Positions 9,864 to 19,520 of a stretch of 64,000 nucleotides of DNA are shown here, piece by piece. The stretch is from an uncultured Acidobacteriota bacterium (GTDB lineage: Bacteria > Acidobacteriota > Thermoanaerobaculia > Multivoradales > JAHEKO01): contig CAVQNG010000025.1 of the NCBI GenBank assembly GCA_963713825.1, positions 192,001 through 256,000 on the forward strand. Reading direction: 5' to 3'. Position numbers and translations under genes: made by a program. The first letter of the stretch is position 1. Each line of letters starts with the position of its first letter. Under the pieces are notes generated by a model. The model saw nothing but the letters and a program-made list of their open reading frames with translations, was not told the origin of the DNA and searched no databases.

Positions 9864-11777
9864 ATGAGGAAACTAGATGTGTTGCCAAGACTGATTCTGA
9901 TTTCACTTTTCGGCATGGTTGCCATGCCTGTGACAGGTCCGGCTCAGGAGTACACACCCAGCGAGGACGCTGTCATCGAGAACGTCAGCAGGTCGGAGTT
10001 CTCACCCTATGTCGGCCGCGAGTATCCGACCCGTGTCTTCTGGGGTGAAACTCATTTGCACACCGCCGTGTCGGTAGACGCGGGGACCATGTGCCGGGTC
10101 GGGCAAGAGGATGCTTACCGTTTCGCGCGTGGCGAGACGATCACGACGACCCACGGCTTGCGTGCCAAGCTCTCTCGGCCATTGGACTGGTTGGTCATCG
10201 CCGACCACTCGGAGATGTACGGACTCATGCCGCAGCTCCTCAAAGGGGACCCCGAGATCCTCGCGACCGAAAAGGGCAGGCGCTGGTACGACATGTTGAT
10301 GACCGATGACCGGGATCAAGTCTTTGCGGCTGCAATGGAGATTGTCGCTTCGCTGCAGCAACCCGATCCTCCGATCGCCAATGACAAGTCGGTCAAGAAT
10401 GCTTGGCGGGAGTACACGGCCTTGGCCGACAAGTACAACGAGCCCGGCCGTTTCACCGCCCTGATCGGCTGGGAGTGGACAGCACTCGGCGGTTTCAATC
10501 TGCATCGCAACGTCATTTTCCGTGGTGACTCGAGCGTTGCCAACCAGACTGTCCCTTACTCGCAGTTCGACAGCCAGAACCCCGAGGACCTGTGGCGGTA
10601 TCTGGCTAATTTCGAGGCGCACACAGGCGCCGAGGTTCTCGCCATCCCACATAACGGGAACTTGAGCAACGGCCGCATGTTCAATGTCGAAACGAACGAC
10701 GGCAAGCCGCTGACCAAGGAGATTGCCGAGCTCCGCGCCTCGATCGAGCCCCTGATCGAAGCCACCCAGATCAAGGGCGATGGTGAGGCACATCCATTTC
10801 TGTCGCCGGACGACGAGTTTGCCGACTACGAAACCTGGGACAAGGCCAACCTCGACGGCACCGAGGTCAAGACTGAGGACATGTTGCGCTGGGAGTACGC
10901 GCGAGAGGCGCTCAAGACCGGTCTGATGCTCGACAAGCAGCTCGGGGTCAACCCCTACAAGTTCGGCATGATCGGCAGCACCGACGCGCACACGGCTCTG
11001 GCAGCGGTCGAAGAGAACAATTTCTTCGGCAAGCACTCGGGCGTAGAGCCCGAGGAACATCGATGGGAGCACATCGTGATCGAGTCGCCGATGGATCCGG
11101 ACCTGACCGTTTATGGCTGGCAGCAGGCGGCTTCCGGCTATGCAGGCGTCTGGGCCAAGGAAAACACCCGCGAGGCGATCTTCGACGCCATGCAACGCAA
11201 GGAGGTCTACGCCACGACGGGCTCGCGCATTCTTGTTCGGTTCTTCGGTGGATGGGAATTCGAAGCAAGCGATGCGGAGTCTCGGATGCCTGGCGGAATC
11301 GGCTACGAAAAAGGCGTGCCGATGGGAGGGGACCTGCGCAAGGGGTCCTCAGGCAAGGCTCCGAACTTCCTCGTCGCCGCCATGAAAGATCCCCTGAGTG
11401 GCAATCTGGATCGCATCCAGATCATCAAAGGCTGGATGGACAAAAACGGTGATCTGCACGAGAAGGTCTTCGATGTCGCCTGGAGCGACGACCGGCAGCC
11501 TGGCGCCAACGGCAAGGTCCCTGCTGTTGGTAGTACGGTAGATGAAGCCAACGCGACCTGGAGCAACTCGATCGGCTCTCCCGAGCTCATTGCTGTTTGG
11601 GAGGACCCGGATTTCGACGCAGGAGAAAGCGCCTTCTACTACGCTCGTGTGATCGAGATTCCGACCCCGCGCTGGACCGCGTACGAGGCCAAGCGGTTCG
11701 GCATCGACATGCCTGACGAGGTGCCGATGACGACTCAGGAGCGGGCCTACACCTCGCCGATCTGGTACACGCCGTAG
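9864..11777 (+). CDS. DUF3604 domain-containing secreted protein (PHP-like fold)
   Basis: Signal peptide; FWGETHLHT, IADHSE, GWEWT, NLHRNVIF, IPHNGNLSNG, QIKGDGEAHP, GSTDAHT, YYARVIEIPTPRW, QERAYTSPIWYTP. Confidence 0.9.
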   Translation: MRKLDVLPRLILISLFGMVAMPVTGPAQEYTPSEDAVIENVSRSEFSPYVGREYPTRVFWGETHLHTAVSVDAGTMCRVGQEDAYRFARGETITTTHGLRAKLSRPLDWLVIADHSEMYGLMPQLLKGDPEILATEKGRRWYDMLMTDDRDQVFAAAMEIVASLQQPDPPIANDKSVKNAWREYTALADKYNEPGRFTALIGWEWTALGGFNLHRNVIFRGDSSVANQTVPYSQFDSQNPEDLWRYLANFEAHTGAEVLAIPHNGNLSNGRMFNVETNDGKPLTKEIAELRASIEPLIEATQIKGDGEAHPFLSPDDEFADYETWDKANLDGTEVKTEDMLRWEYAREALKTGLMLDKQLGVNPYKFGMIGSTDAHTALAAVEENNFFGKHSGVEPEEHRWEHIVIESPMDPDLTVYGWQQAASGYAGVWAKENTREAIFDAMQRKEVYATTGSRILVRFFGGWEFEASDAESRMPGGIGYEKGVPMGGDLRKGSSGKAPNFLVAAMKDPLSGNLDRIQIIKGWMDKNGDLHEKVFDVAWSDDRQPGANGKVPAVGSTVDEANATWSNSIGSPELIAVWEDPDFDAGESAFYYARVIEIPTPRWTAYEAKRFGIDMPDEVPMTTQERAYTSPIWYTP

Positions 11778-11799
11778 GAGCCCGATCTTGCGCGATGGT

Positions 11800-11829
11800 T
11801 GAGGGGCCGGTCGATGCGCCGGCCCTTCA
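11800..11829. terminator. Hairpin between convergent genes (possible bidirectional terminator)
   Basis: TGAGGGGCCGG-8 nt-CCGGCCCTTCA inverted repeat. Confidence 0.55.
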
Positions 11830-11898
11830 TCTATGTTGCGAGCCCGTCAGCCTCGTCGTATCTGGGGGGAGCTCTTGCGGACCCTTTTGGCAAGATCC

Positions 11899-12768
11899 TC
11901 AGTTGTCGAGTGAGACCAGTAGAGCCTTGGCGTCTTCGATGACCTGGGTTTGCTCCACGACATAAGCCTGATCGGGCTCGAGCTGGACAAGATCGTTCAG
12001 CAGTGCCCGGGCCTCCTGCTCCTGGTCGGGAAAGTGCTCCAGGAGGGCATCGGCGAGATAGAACCGGGTCAGCGGGGCATCGGGTGTCAGCTCGATGGCG
12101 CGCCGCAGCTCGCTGACAGCCGTCTTTCGATTTACCCAGCCGGTGAAGATCGGCAGCTTGGGTGCCTCGGAGTGAAGCCGCCCGAGGACGCGATGTCCCC
12201 CGGCCTCTTCGATCTCTTCATCGATCTCGATGACGACTTCGGAGAAGTTCCGGATCTTCTTGGCAACGCCCTCTTTGGCCGCCGCCATCTTGCCGCGATA
12301 GCGTCCCCAGAGTCCCCAGTGAACGGATGACCAGAAGTAGACTTGTGCAGACTGGGGTTGGTCGGCCAAAGCCGCGGCCAGCTTCTCGGTCTTCATGGAG
12401 TCCGGGTTGTCGCCCAGGCCGGCGGCGATCGCGAGCTGCTCTCGCCCCACATCGGCGATCTCTCTGGCCTTTTCGTAGAGGGCGAGCCTCTCATCCGGGT
12501 CCTGTAGCACGTGCTCGCCCTGATAGTAGAGGCTTCTGAGGAGTTTCCAGCGTGCTTCGAGGTTCTCCGGGTCCTGTGTCAGGAGCTCTTCAAATGCCGC
12601 AATGGACTCTCCGATCGGCTCAGGCAGGGCAACCGAACCGGAGTGGCCCTCGGCCCGCCGCAGGTAGGCAGCGTCCCCTCGGGCCATGAGATCCAGATCC
12701 TGTGCCGGTAGCGGCGATAAGGATGAAAGCAGCAGCGTCAATGCCAGCAACGGAGCCAGGGTCTTCAT
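11899..12768 (-). CDS. Secreted all-helical TPR protein, TRAP TatT/BstC-like (putative lipid carrier)
   Basis: GGAGGTG RBS; signal peptide MKTLAPLLALTLLLSSLSPLPA; YFWSSVHWGLWG...GGHRVLGRLHSEAPKLP...ELRRAIELTP TPR-type helices. Confidence 0.6.
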   Translation of the reverse strand: MKTLAPLLALTLLLSSLSPLPAQDLDLMARGDAAYLRRAEGHSGSVALPEPIGESIAAFEELLTQDPENLEARWKLLRSLYYQGEHVLQDPDERLALYEKAREIADVGREQLAIAAGLGDNPDSMKTEKLAAALADQPQSAQVYFWSSVHWGLWGRYRGKMAAAKEGVAKKIRNFSEVVIEIDEEIEEAGGHRVLGRLHSEAPKLPIFTGWVNRKTAVSELRRAIELTPDAPLTRFYLADALLEHFPDQEQEARALLNDLVQLEPDQAYVVEQTQVIEDAKALLVSLDN

Positions 12769-13058
12769 GGTCTCACCTCCTGCAAGTGTGTATCCATCGG
12801 CCTGTCGACGGGGGGCCGAGGGCTGGGATGCAAACCCCTCTAAGCGCTTGATCGTATCCTCAAGTGGCATTCCAGGGTAGCGAAACGTCCTGGAGCCGTG
12901 ATAGAAACTCACAGCGCTTCGCAGGGTTGCCATGAAGCGCATCATTTTCGGAACGGCTACCTCGGACTCGCTCGAAGCAGCCCGATCAAGGGGTTGCTTC
13001 AGCTGTGTTCGAGTCAGTGGTGCACGTTGATTGGTGTGACGGGGAGTTTCGAGGAACC

Positions 13059-15077
13059 ATGGATCAAATGTCATCGCAGGGAGTACTGGAGTCGAGGAGC
13101 GTTGCGCCGCAGGCAGCGCCCGAAGCCGAGGAGTGGCAGGCTCGAATTCGCGATTCGATCCGAGGTGCCCGGCAGCAGCTCTTGAATCTGCAGGAGGCCG
13201 ACGGTCACTGGTGCGCCGAGCTCGAGGGCGACACCATTCTCGAGAGCGAGTACGTTCTTTTGTTGCACTTCCTGGGCCGGATTGGTGAGGAGAGGGTTCA
13301 GAAGGCGGCCAACTACCTGAGGACCAAGCAGCTGCCCGACGGGGGCTGGGGAGCCTATCCGGGCGGCGGCGCGGATGTGAGCACGTCGGTCAAGGCCTAC
13401 TTCGTGTTGAAGCTGGTCGGTGACGATCCCGATACGCCGCACATGGCAAGGGCGAGAGAGGTCATTCGCCGCAAGGGTGGACTGCACGCCTGCAATTCCT
13501 TCACCAAGCTCTATCTATCCATCTTCGGACAATACGAGTGGGACAAGAGCCCTGGTGTACCGCCCGAATTGGTGCTGCTGCCATTGTGGTTCCCGATCAA
13601 CATCTACGACATGTCCTCCTGGTCACGAGCCATCGTGGTGCCCTTGAGCATCATCTGGGCCTACAAGCCCAGCTGTCCGGTTCCTGAGCACGCGAGGCTG
13701 GACGAGCTGCTGGTCGAGAATACGAGACGGGCCGTACCACAATTCAGTCGCGCCTCGCTCCTGCACCATGGCTGGTCATTGTTCTTCCAAACCCTCGATC
13801 GGATTCACAAGCAGGCGGAAAGGTGGCATTTGATGCCGCTGCGACGCCGCGCCTTGCAGCGAGCCGAGGAGTGGATTCTCCCGAGGCTCGAGAAGAGCGA
13901 CGGGCTCGGAGCCATTTTTCCGCCCATCGTCAACACCATCATGGCTTTGCGTTGCCGAGGCTACTCGGTAGATCACCCGATCATCCAGGCCCAGATTCGG
14001 GAGCTCGAAAGGCTGGAGATCGAGACAGGCGACACGCTGCGATTGGAGCCCTGCAAATCACCCGTCTGGGACACGGCCTTGTCACTCAATGCGTTGGGTG
14101 AAAGCGACGACCATGAAGACAGGGCGCGGCTGGAACAGGGCGTCGAGTGGTTGCTGGGCAAGGAGGTCAAGGAGGTCGGGGACTGGAAGATCAAGAGCCC
14201 CGATGCCTGCGTGGGTGGTTGGTACTTCGAGTACGCCAATGAGTTCTACCCGGACTGTGACGACACCGCCCAGATCTTGTCGGCGGTGGCCAAGCTCCGC
14301 CCCTTGTCCGGGGACCTCGAGGAGCGCTATTCGGCGGCCTCTGGGCGCGCTATCTCGTGGCTCATCAGCATGCAGAACCGCGATGGCGGCTGGGCCTCCT
14401 TCGACAAGGACTGCAACAAGGAGTTCCTGACCTACGTGCCGTTCGCTGATCACAACGCCATGATCGACCCGAGCACGACGGACATTACCGCCCGGGCTCT
14501 CGAAGCGTTGTCCGCCAACGGTCACGATCTCTCTTCGGATGTCGTCCGGCGAGCCGTCGCTTTCATCCGCCGCCTGCAGAAGGGCGATGGAACCTGGTAC
14601 GGTCGCTGGGGCTGCAACTACATCTACGGTACCTGGTTGGCGCTGTCTGGACTCAAGGCTGCAGGAGAGGACCTGTCAGAACCGTGGGCCCAAAGCGCCG
14701 CCGAGTGGTTCAGAAGTTGTCAGAACTCCGACGGCGGGTGGGGCGAGCTGCCCGACTCCTATGCCGATTCCAGCAAGAAGGGAATCGGCCCCAGCACGGC
14801 CGCGCAGACCTCCTGGTCGCTTCTGGCCCTGATGTCGACGGGCGATCGAGACAGTGACAACCTCAAGCGGGGTATCGAGTACCTGTTGACTCAACAGCAG
14901 GCCGACGGTAGCTGGAAAGACGAGTGGTGGACTGGCACCGGGTTCCCAGAGGTCTTCTATCTGGACTATCATCTGTACGCAACCTACTTTTCATTGCTCG
15001 CCCTGGAGACCTATCGCAAGGTGGTCGCTGCCAACGGTGGCGATGACTCTGCGCAGGCAGGCCTTCGTGCCGTGTAG
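13059..15077 (+). CDS. shc: Squalene-hopene cyclase
   Basis: Catalytic YPDCDDTA (DxDDTA); QW repeats (QEADGHW, QLPDGGW, QNRDGGW, QKGDGTW, QNSDGGW, QQADGSW); SPVWDT; GTGFP.VFYL.YHLY. Confidence 0.96.
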   Translation: MDQMSSQGVLESRSVAPQAAPEAEEWQARIRDSIRGARQQLLNLQEADGHWCAELEGDTILESEYVLLLHFLGRIGEERVQKAANYLRTKQLPDGGWGAYPGGGADVSTSVKAYFVLKLVGDDPDTPHMARAREVIRRKGGLHACNSFTKLYLSIFGQYEWDKSPGVPPELVLLPLWFPINIYDMSSWSRAIVVPLSIIWAYKPSCPVPEHARLDELLVENTRRAVPQFSRASLLHHGWSLFFQTLDRIHKQAERWHLMPLRRRALQRAEEWILPRLEKSDGLGAIFPPIVNTIMALRCRGYSVDHPIIQAQIRELERLEIETGDTLRLEPCKSPVWDTALSLNALGESDDHEDRARLEQGVEWLLGKEVKEVGDWKIKSPDACVGGWYFEYANEFYPDCDDTAQILSAVAKLRPLSGDLEERYSAASGRAISWLISMQNRDGGWASFDKDCNKEFLTYVPFADHNAMIDPSTTDITARALEALSANGHDLSSDVVRRAVAFIRRLQKGDGTWYGRWGCNYIYGTWLALSGLKAAGEDLSEPWAQSAAEWFRSCQNSDGGWGELPDSYADSSKKGIGPSTAAQTSWSLLALMSTGDRDSDNLKRGIEYLLTQQQADGSWKDEWWTGTGFPEVFYLDYHLYATYFSLLALETYRKVVAANGGDDSAQAGLRAV

Positions 15078-15115
15078 AGTCGTGGCGAACTGATTGAATA
15101 TCGGAGTACGAAGAG

Positions 15116-16117
15116 ATGCGATTTCCACTGCACATCACGACCGACAACATCAAGCATTCGATGAAGAATGCGATGCAGGGCAACCGGCGCTACCCGTTCG
15201 TCCTAATGCTGGAGCCGCTCTACACCTGCAATCTGGCGTGCATCGGTTGCGCGGTCGAGCGGCACACCGGCAAGCTCAAGGATCGGTTGCCGGTCGAGCT
15301 GTGCCTGCAGGCTGTCGACGAGTCTGGTGCGCCGGGCGTGTCGCTGTGCGGTGGTGAGCCGACGGTCTATCCCGAGCTCAAGGAGCTCGTCGACGGCATT
15401 ATCGAGCGCAACCGCCACATCTATCTCTGCACCAACGCCTTGCTCATGGAAGAGAAGGTCTTCGGGCAAATCGATCCTCACAAGCGGTTGACCATCAACG
15501 TCCACTTGGACGGTATGCGGGAGACACACGATTACGTTTGCGCCCGCGATGGGGTGTTCGACAAGGCCGTCGAGATGATCAAGGAGTCGAAGCGCCTCGG
15601 CTATCACACCATTACCAACACGACGATCTTCAAGGAGACGAAGATCTCCGAAGTCGAAGAGCTCTGCGAATACATGGCCAGCCTCGATATCGATGGGATG
15701 TTGATCTCGCCTGGCTATCAGTACGAGTCCGTGGAAGAAGACATCTTCATGACTCGTCAGGACATCTACGACAAGTTCCAGCGCGTGCTGGAGATCTCCA
15801 AACGGTATCGGCTGACGTCGACTCCGATGTTCCTGGAGTTTGCCGCCGGGCTGCGCGACTACAAATGCTCACCATGGAGCACGGTGACCTTCACGCCCAA
15901 CGGCTGGAAGGGCCCCTGCTATCTGATCGGCAAGAAATTCACCTGGTCGTGGGAGGAGTTCTGGAATCTCACCGACTGGGAGTACTGGGAGTCGCGCGAA
16001 GATCGGTTGTGCCAGAACTGCCTGATGCACTCTGGCTTCGAGGCTTCCGTGGTCAAGGAGCTGCCGCGCAGTCCAGGTGACATGGCTCGTCTGATGGCCT
16101 GGAACTTGATGGGCTGA
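15116..16117 (+). CDS. hpnH: Adenosylhopane synthase, radical SAM
   Basis: YPFVLMLEPLYTCNLACIGC (CxxxCxxC), GGEP, YLCTNALL, VHLDG, ISPGYQYE, PCYL, CQNCLMHSGFE; directly after shc. Confidence 0.92.
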   Translation: MRFPLHITTDNIKHSMKNAMQGNRRYPFVLMLEPLYTCNLACIGCAVERHTGKLKDRLPVELCLQAVDESGAPGVSLCGGEPTVYPELKELVDGIIERNRHIYLCTNALLMEEKVFGQIDPHKRLTINVHLDGMRETHDYVCARDGVFDKAVEMIKESKRLGYHTITNTTIFKETKISEVEELCEYMASLDIDGMLISPGYQYESVEEDIFMTRQDIYDKFQRVLEISKRYRLTSTPMFLEFAAGLRDYKCSPWSTVTFTPNGWKGPCYLIGKKFTWSWEEFWNLTDWEYWESREDRLCQNCLMHSGFEASVVKELPRSPGDMARLMAWNLMG

Positions 16118-16216
16118 CACGAGAAACCTCTGAGACGGGTCCCTTCTTTGCCGCAGCTTGGTGAGGGAGGTGTGAGAGCGCCCGCTTCGACCAGAGGGAG
16201 TCTCTAAGGGAATCCA

Positions 16217-17206
16217 ATGAAGGTCTTTCTCACCGGTGCCACTGGCTTCATCGGCGGGCATCTGCTGCGGTCTCTGCTCGAGGCTGGAGCAGAAGTGCGA
16301 TGCCTGACTCGGGCCCAGAGTCGGCGCAGGAATCTCGACGGTTTGGATGTCGAGGTCGCCGAGGGAGACTTACGGGACGCGAGTGCCCTGCGCTCGGGGG
16401 TCGAAGGCTGCGAGATGGTGTTCCATTGCGCTGCCGACTACCGGCTGTACAGCAAGAACCCCGAGGAGCTCTACGAGTCCAACGTAGAGGGGACTCGCAA
16501 CCTGATGCAGGCCGCCTCGGAGGTGGGGGCGCGGCGAGTGGTCTACACCAGCTCGGTCGGTGCTCTCGGTCTCGAGCCTGACGGATCACCGGCGGACGAG
16601 GAGACACCGGTCACTCTCGAGGCCATGGTGGGGCACTACAAGCGGAGCAAGTTCCTGGCAGAGCGAGTCGCCGATGATTGGGTTGAGAAGGGGCTTCCGA
16701 TCGTGATCGTCAACCCTTCGACTCCGATCGGGGAGGGTGACCTCAAACCCACCGCGACGGGCCAGATGATCGTCGACTTCCTCAATCGGAAGACTCCGGC
16801 CTATGTGGACACGGGGCTGAACCTGGTAGACGTGCACGATGTGGCCCTGGGCCATGTTCGGGCCGCAGAAAAGGGCAGGGTCGGTGAGAAGTACATCCTC
16901 GGCAATCGCGACCTGAGCCTGCGGGAGATCTACCAGACGCTTGGCAGCTTGACCGGGCTGCCGGCCCCGAAGATCAAGGTGCCGCATTGGCTGCCGCTCG
17001 CTTGGGCAGCTCTCGACACTGGAGTGAGTCGCCTTGTCGGGCGGACACCGGGAGTGCCGCTCGAGGCCGTTCGTCTATCGAGATACAAGATGTACTTCGA
17101 CGCCAGCAAAGCAGTGCGCGAGCTCGGCCTGCCCCAGACCCCCATCGAAGAACCCCTGCAGAGAGCCGTTGACTGGTACAAGACCAACGGCTACGTGACC
17201 CGCTAG
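16217..17206 (+). CDS. hpnA: Hopanoid-associated sugar epimerase/dehydratase
   Basis: TGATGFIG, FHCAADYRL, YTSSV, YKRSK, VNPSTPIG.GD.KPT.TG, PAYVDTGLN.VDV; hpn context. Confidence 0.9.
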   Translation: MKVFLTGATGFIGGHLLRSLLEAGAEVRCLTRAQSRRRNLDGLDVEVAEGDLRDASALRSGVEGCEMVFHCAADYRLYSKNPEELYESNVEGTRNLMQAASEVGARRVVYTSSVGALGLEPDGSPADEETPVTLEAMVGHYKRSKFLAERVADDWVEKGLPIVIVNPSTPIGEGDLKPTATGQMIVDFLNRKTPAYVDTGLNLVDVHDVALGHVRAAEKGRVGEKYILGNRDLSLREIYQTLGSLTGLPAPKIKVPHWLPLAWAALDTGVSRLVGRTPGVPLEAVRLSRYKMYFDASKAVRELGLPQTPIEEPLQRAVDWYKTNGYVTR

Positions 17207-17222
17207 TCTGGATCTGGGGCCC

Positions 17223-17987
17223 ATGTCATCGACAGAACAGATCGATCCGCGCCGGACGGGTCCAGGAGTTGCAGTCGTCGCCGCCATGGAAGAGGAGCTC
17301 TACTCTCTGCGCCAGCGGCTCTCGGACGTCAGGAGGGTGGCTCTCCCTACGGGCTCGGCGGTCCGCGGGCGCCTCGAATCCCAGGAGGTCTTGCTGGCGG
17401 CCACCGGGGAGGGCGCGGCGGCCGCCGAAAAGAGGCTATCGGCCCTCTTGTCAGACCGCAGCATAGAGGCCCTTCTCGTTGTCGGAGTCGCCGGCGCAAT
17501 CTCCCCGGATCTGGCAGTCGGAGATCTCGTGGCCATCGACTCGGTCAGAGACGAGCACGGCGAGATTCCATCGCCCGACGCCTCGCTTCTGCAGCGAGCC
17601 CTCACTTCGAAGAACGTCGTGCAGGGAGGAGTGGTGAGTGTCGACAAGATCGTGGTTGACGCTGCTGCCAAACAAGCTCTCTGGCAGTCCGTTGGCGGGG
17701 GCCCGTTCCAAGTGGTCGACCTGGAGTCGGCGACTTACGCGCGACTGGCGACGGAAAAGGGAATCCCCTATTTCGTCCTGCGAGCAGTCAGCGACACCGC
17801 AAGTGAAAGTCTGCCGCTCGATTTCAATGCGTTTCGCAGCTCGGATGGGAGCATCAATCGAGGCAGGGTGGCGCGACATTTGATCTTCCATCCACATCTG
17901 GTTGGGCCCTTGAAGGACCTACGCACCCGTTTGAGAGAATGTGCGGTCTCGATGGCGAATGTCGTCGAAGAGATTCTGAGACCATGA
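17223..17987 (+). CDS. hpnG: Purine nucleoside phosphorylase-family protein, probable adenosylhopane nucleosidase HpnG
   Basis: VAAMEEE, TGEG, GVAGAISPDL.VGD, VDLESA, LRAVSD motifs (PNP_UDP family); in the hpnH-hpnA operon. Confidence 0.78.
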   Translation: MSSTEQIDPRRTGPGVAVVAAMEEELYSLRQRLSDVRRVALPTGSAVRGRLESQEVLLAATGEGAAAAEKRLSALLSDRSIEALLVVGVAGAISPDLAVGDLVAIDSVRDEHGEIPSPDASLLQRALTSKNVVQGGVVSVDKIVVDAAAKQALWQSVGGGPFQVVDLESATYARLATEKGIPYFVLRAVSDTASESLPLDFNAFRSSDGSINRGRVARHLIFHPHLVGPLKDLRTRLRECAVSMANVVEEILRP

Positions 17988-19396
17988 GACGTCCAACAAC
18001 CTGGCTCGAGCCTTTAGCACTGAGGGCATTGGTCATCGGCCTGCTGTCGGTGAGCCTTCTGGCGGTGGGTGCTGCGGCAGAGGAGGAGTCGAAGCGGAGG
18101 CTCTTCATTGCCCTGGATGCTGTTCCCTACCAGATAGCGGCTGACGTCATGAATCCGGCCCTGGGCGACGAGGCGCTGTTCCAGGGTTTCGAGGGCCCGG
18201 TGCGGCTGGTCAGCACGTTCCCATCCTCGACGAGCGTGGCGCTGCCCGGGATCCTCGGGCCGATCGGGCTCAGGCGGTCTCCGGGTTACGAAGCCCGCTT
18301 CTTCGACTGGCAGGAGAGCAAGGTCAGGGGCGGTGGGGCCGTCAGCTATGGCCGCATCGAGTTTCCATGGCGGGATTTCTTCGATTGGGGGCGCAAGGGC
18401 GTAGCGGGCAGCGCGATCGAGGCCGTGAAGCCGGTCAAGTCGGGTATCAAGCGCCTCCGCAATGCCATGGAAGACTTCGTTCAATCGGACAAGGAGGAGT
18501 TCTGGATCTACTCTGCGGCGACGGATATCGCGGGTCACGTCATCAGTCCGCAGGCGCACGTCGACTTCTTCAAGGCGCTGGACGAGATGATTCTGGAAGC
18601 GCGCCAGGCGTCACCCGGTCGTCCTTTCGACGTCGTCGTCTTCTCCGATCACGGCATGGATGGTGGCGAGCCTCTGATCAATGTGTTCAGGCCGGCCAAG
18701 AAGGCTCTCAAGCAAGCCGGGTACCGCAGCAAGAAGCGACTGAAAGGCGCTGAAGACGTAGTGCTGACACCCTTCGGATTGGTCTCCAACTTCGAGGCCT
18801 ACACCGTCGACGAGAACAAGGCGCGGGTGGCCGAGATCCTGGCTGCCGTCGAAGGTGTGGACCTCTGCGCCTATGAGCTGGAGGAGGGCTGGCGGGTCGA
18901 AAGCCATCGGGGCAGCGCCACGTTCCTGCAGGATCAGCGCGAAGGAGAGCTCTGGTGGTCGTATGAGCCGCATCACGGCGACCCGCTGGAATTCCTGGAC
19001 GGGATCGAGCGGATGGAGAAGGCCGGCCTGGTGCGACAGGGTTGGTTGCCGGACAAAGCCACCTTCGAGGCCACTATCGATGCGGAGAATCCAGATCCCT
19101 TCTATCGCATTGCTCATGCCTTCGAGTTGACTACGAACCCTGCCTCGGTGATCTGCTCGGCGAGTCGGGGATACATGTATGGTGCTCCCCACACAGGGGT
19201 CCTGGCCCAGATCGGCAAGGGCCACCTGCGCTGGACCCACGGCGCCTTGAACCGCGATGCCACCCTCGGATTCCTGTTCAGCGATGTCGAGGGTTGGGAG
19301 GCGCCAGAGGCCATTCGTTTCGATCGTGCCATCCTGCCCTTTCACGACACTGTGGAGGGAGAGCCGGAGACCGACGCCCCGAAGCCATCCCAATAA
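17984..19396 (+). CDS. Secreted alkaline phosphatase-superfamily (NPP/phosphodiesterase-like) enzyme
   Basis: ATGA overlap with hpnG; signal peptide; FIALDAVP, STFPSSTS, TDIAGH, VFSDHGM and WTHGAL metal/nucleophile motifs. Confidence 0.75.
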   Translation: MRRPTTWLEPLALRALVIGLLSVSLLAVGAAAEEESKRRLFIALDAVPYQIAADVMNPALGDEALFQGFEGPVRLVSTFPSSTSVALPGILGPIGLRRSPGYEARFFDWQESKVRGGGAVSYGRIEFPWRDFFDWGRKGVAGSAIEAVKPVKSGIKRLRNAMEDFVQSDKEEFWIYSAATDIAGHVISPQAHVDFFKALDEMILEARQASPGRPFDVVVFSDHGMDGGEPLINVFRPAKKALKQAGYRSKKRLKGAEDVVLTPFGLVSNFEAYTVDENKARVAEILAAVEGVDLCAYELEEGWRVESHRGSATFLQDQREGELWWSYEPHHGDPLEFLDGIERMEKAGLVRQGWLPDKATFEATIDAENPDPFYRIAHAFELTTNPASVICSASRGYMYGAPHTGVLAQIGKGHLRWTHGALNRDATLGFLFSDVEGWEAPEAIRFDRAILPFHDTVEGEPETDAPKPSQ

Positions 19397-19451
19397 GCCA
19401 AGAAATCTACGCGGTGAGTCGACCGAGTCGCGGGCAGCCCCCTCACGGCGG

Positions 19452-19480
19452 TTTTCAGCATTGCAGGTAAGCTGTAAGAT
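19452..19480 (+). promoter_or_regulatory. Possible sigma70-like internal promoter for the isoprenoid cassette
   Basis: TTTTCA-17 nt-TAAGAT in the gap before the prenyl synthase. Confidence 0.25.
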
Positions 19481-19520
19481 AACGACTCATACCAGTCCCC
19501 ATTTGATGTCGAACAGGCCG

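Noticed and set aside
13059-15077. Oxidosqualene cyclase / sterol pathway, suggested by the MVA genes, SQS and a BstC-like neighbour
   Set aside because: The active site is DCDDTA (SHC-type DxDD), not DCTAE. There is no squalene monooxygenase, and hpnH/hpnA/hpnG follow.
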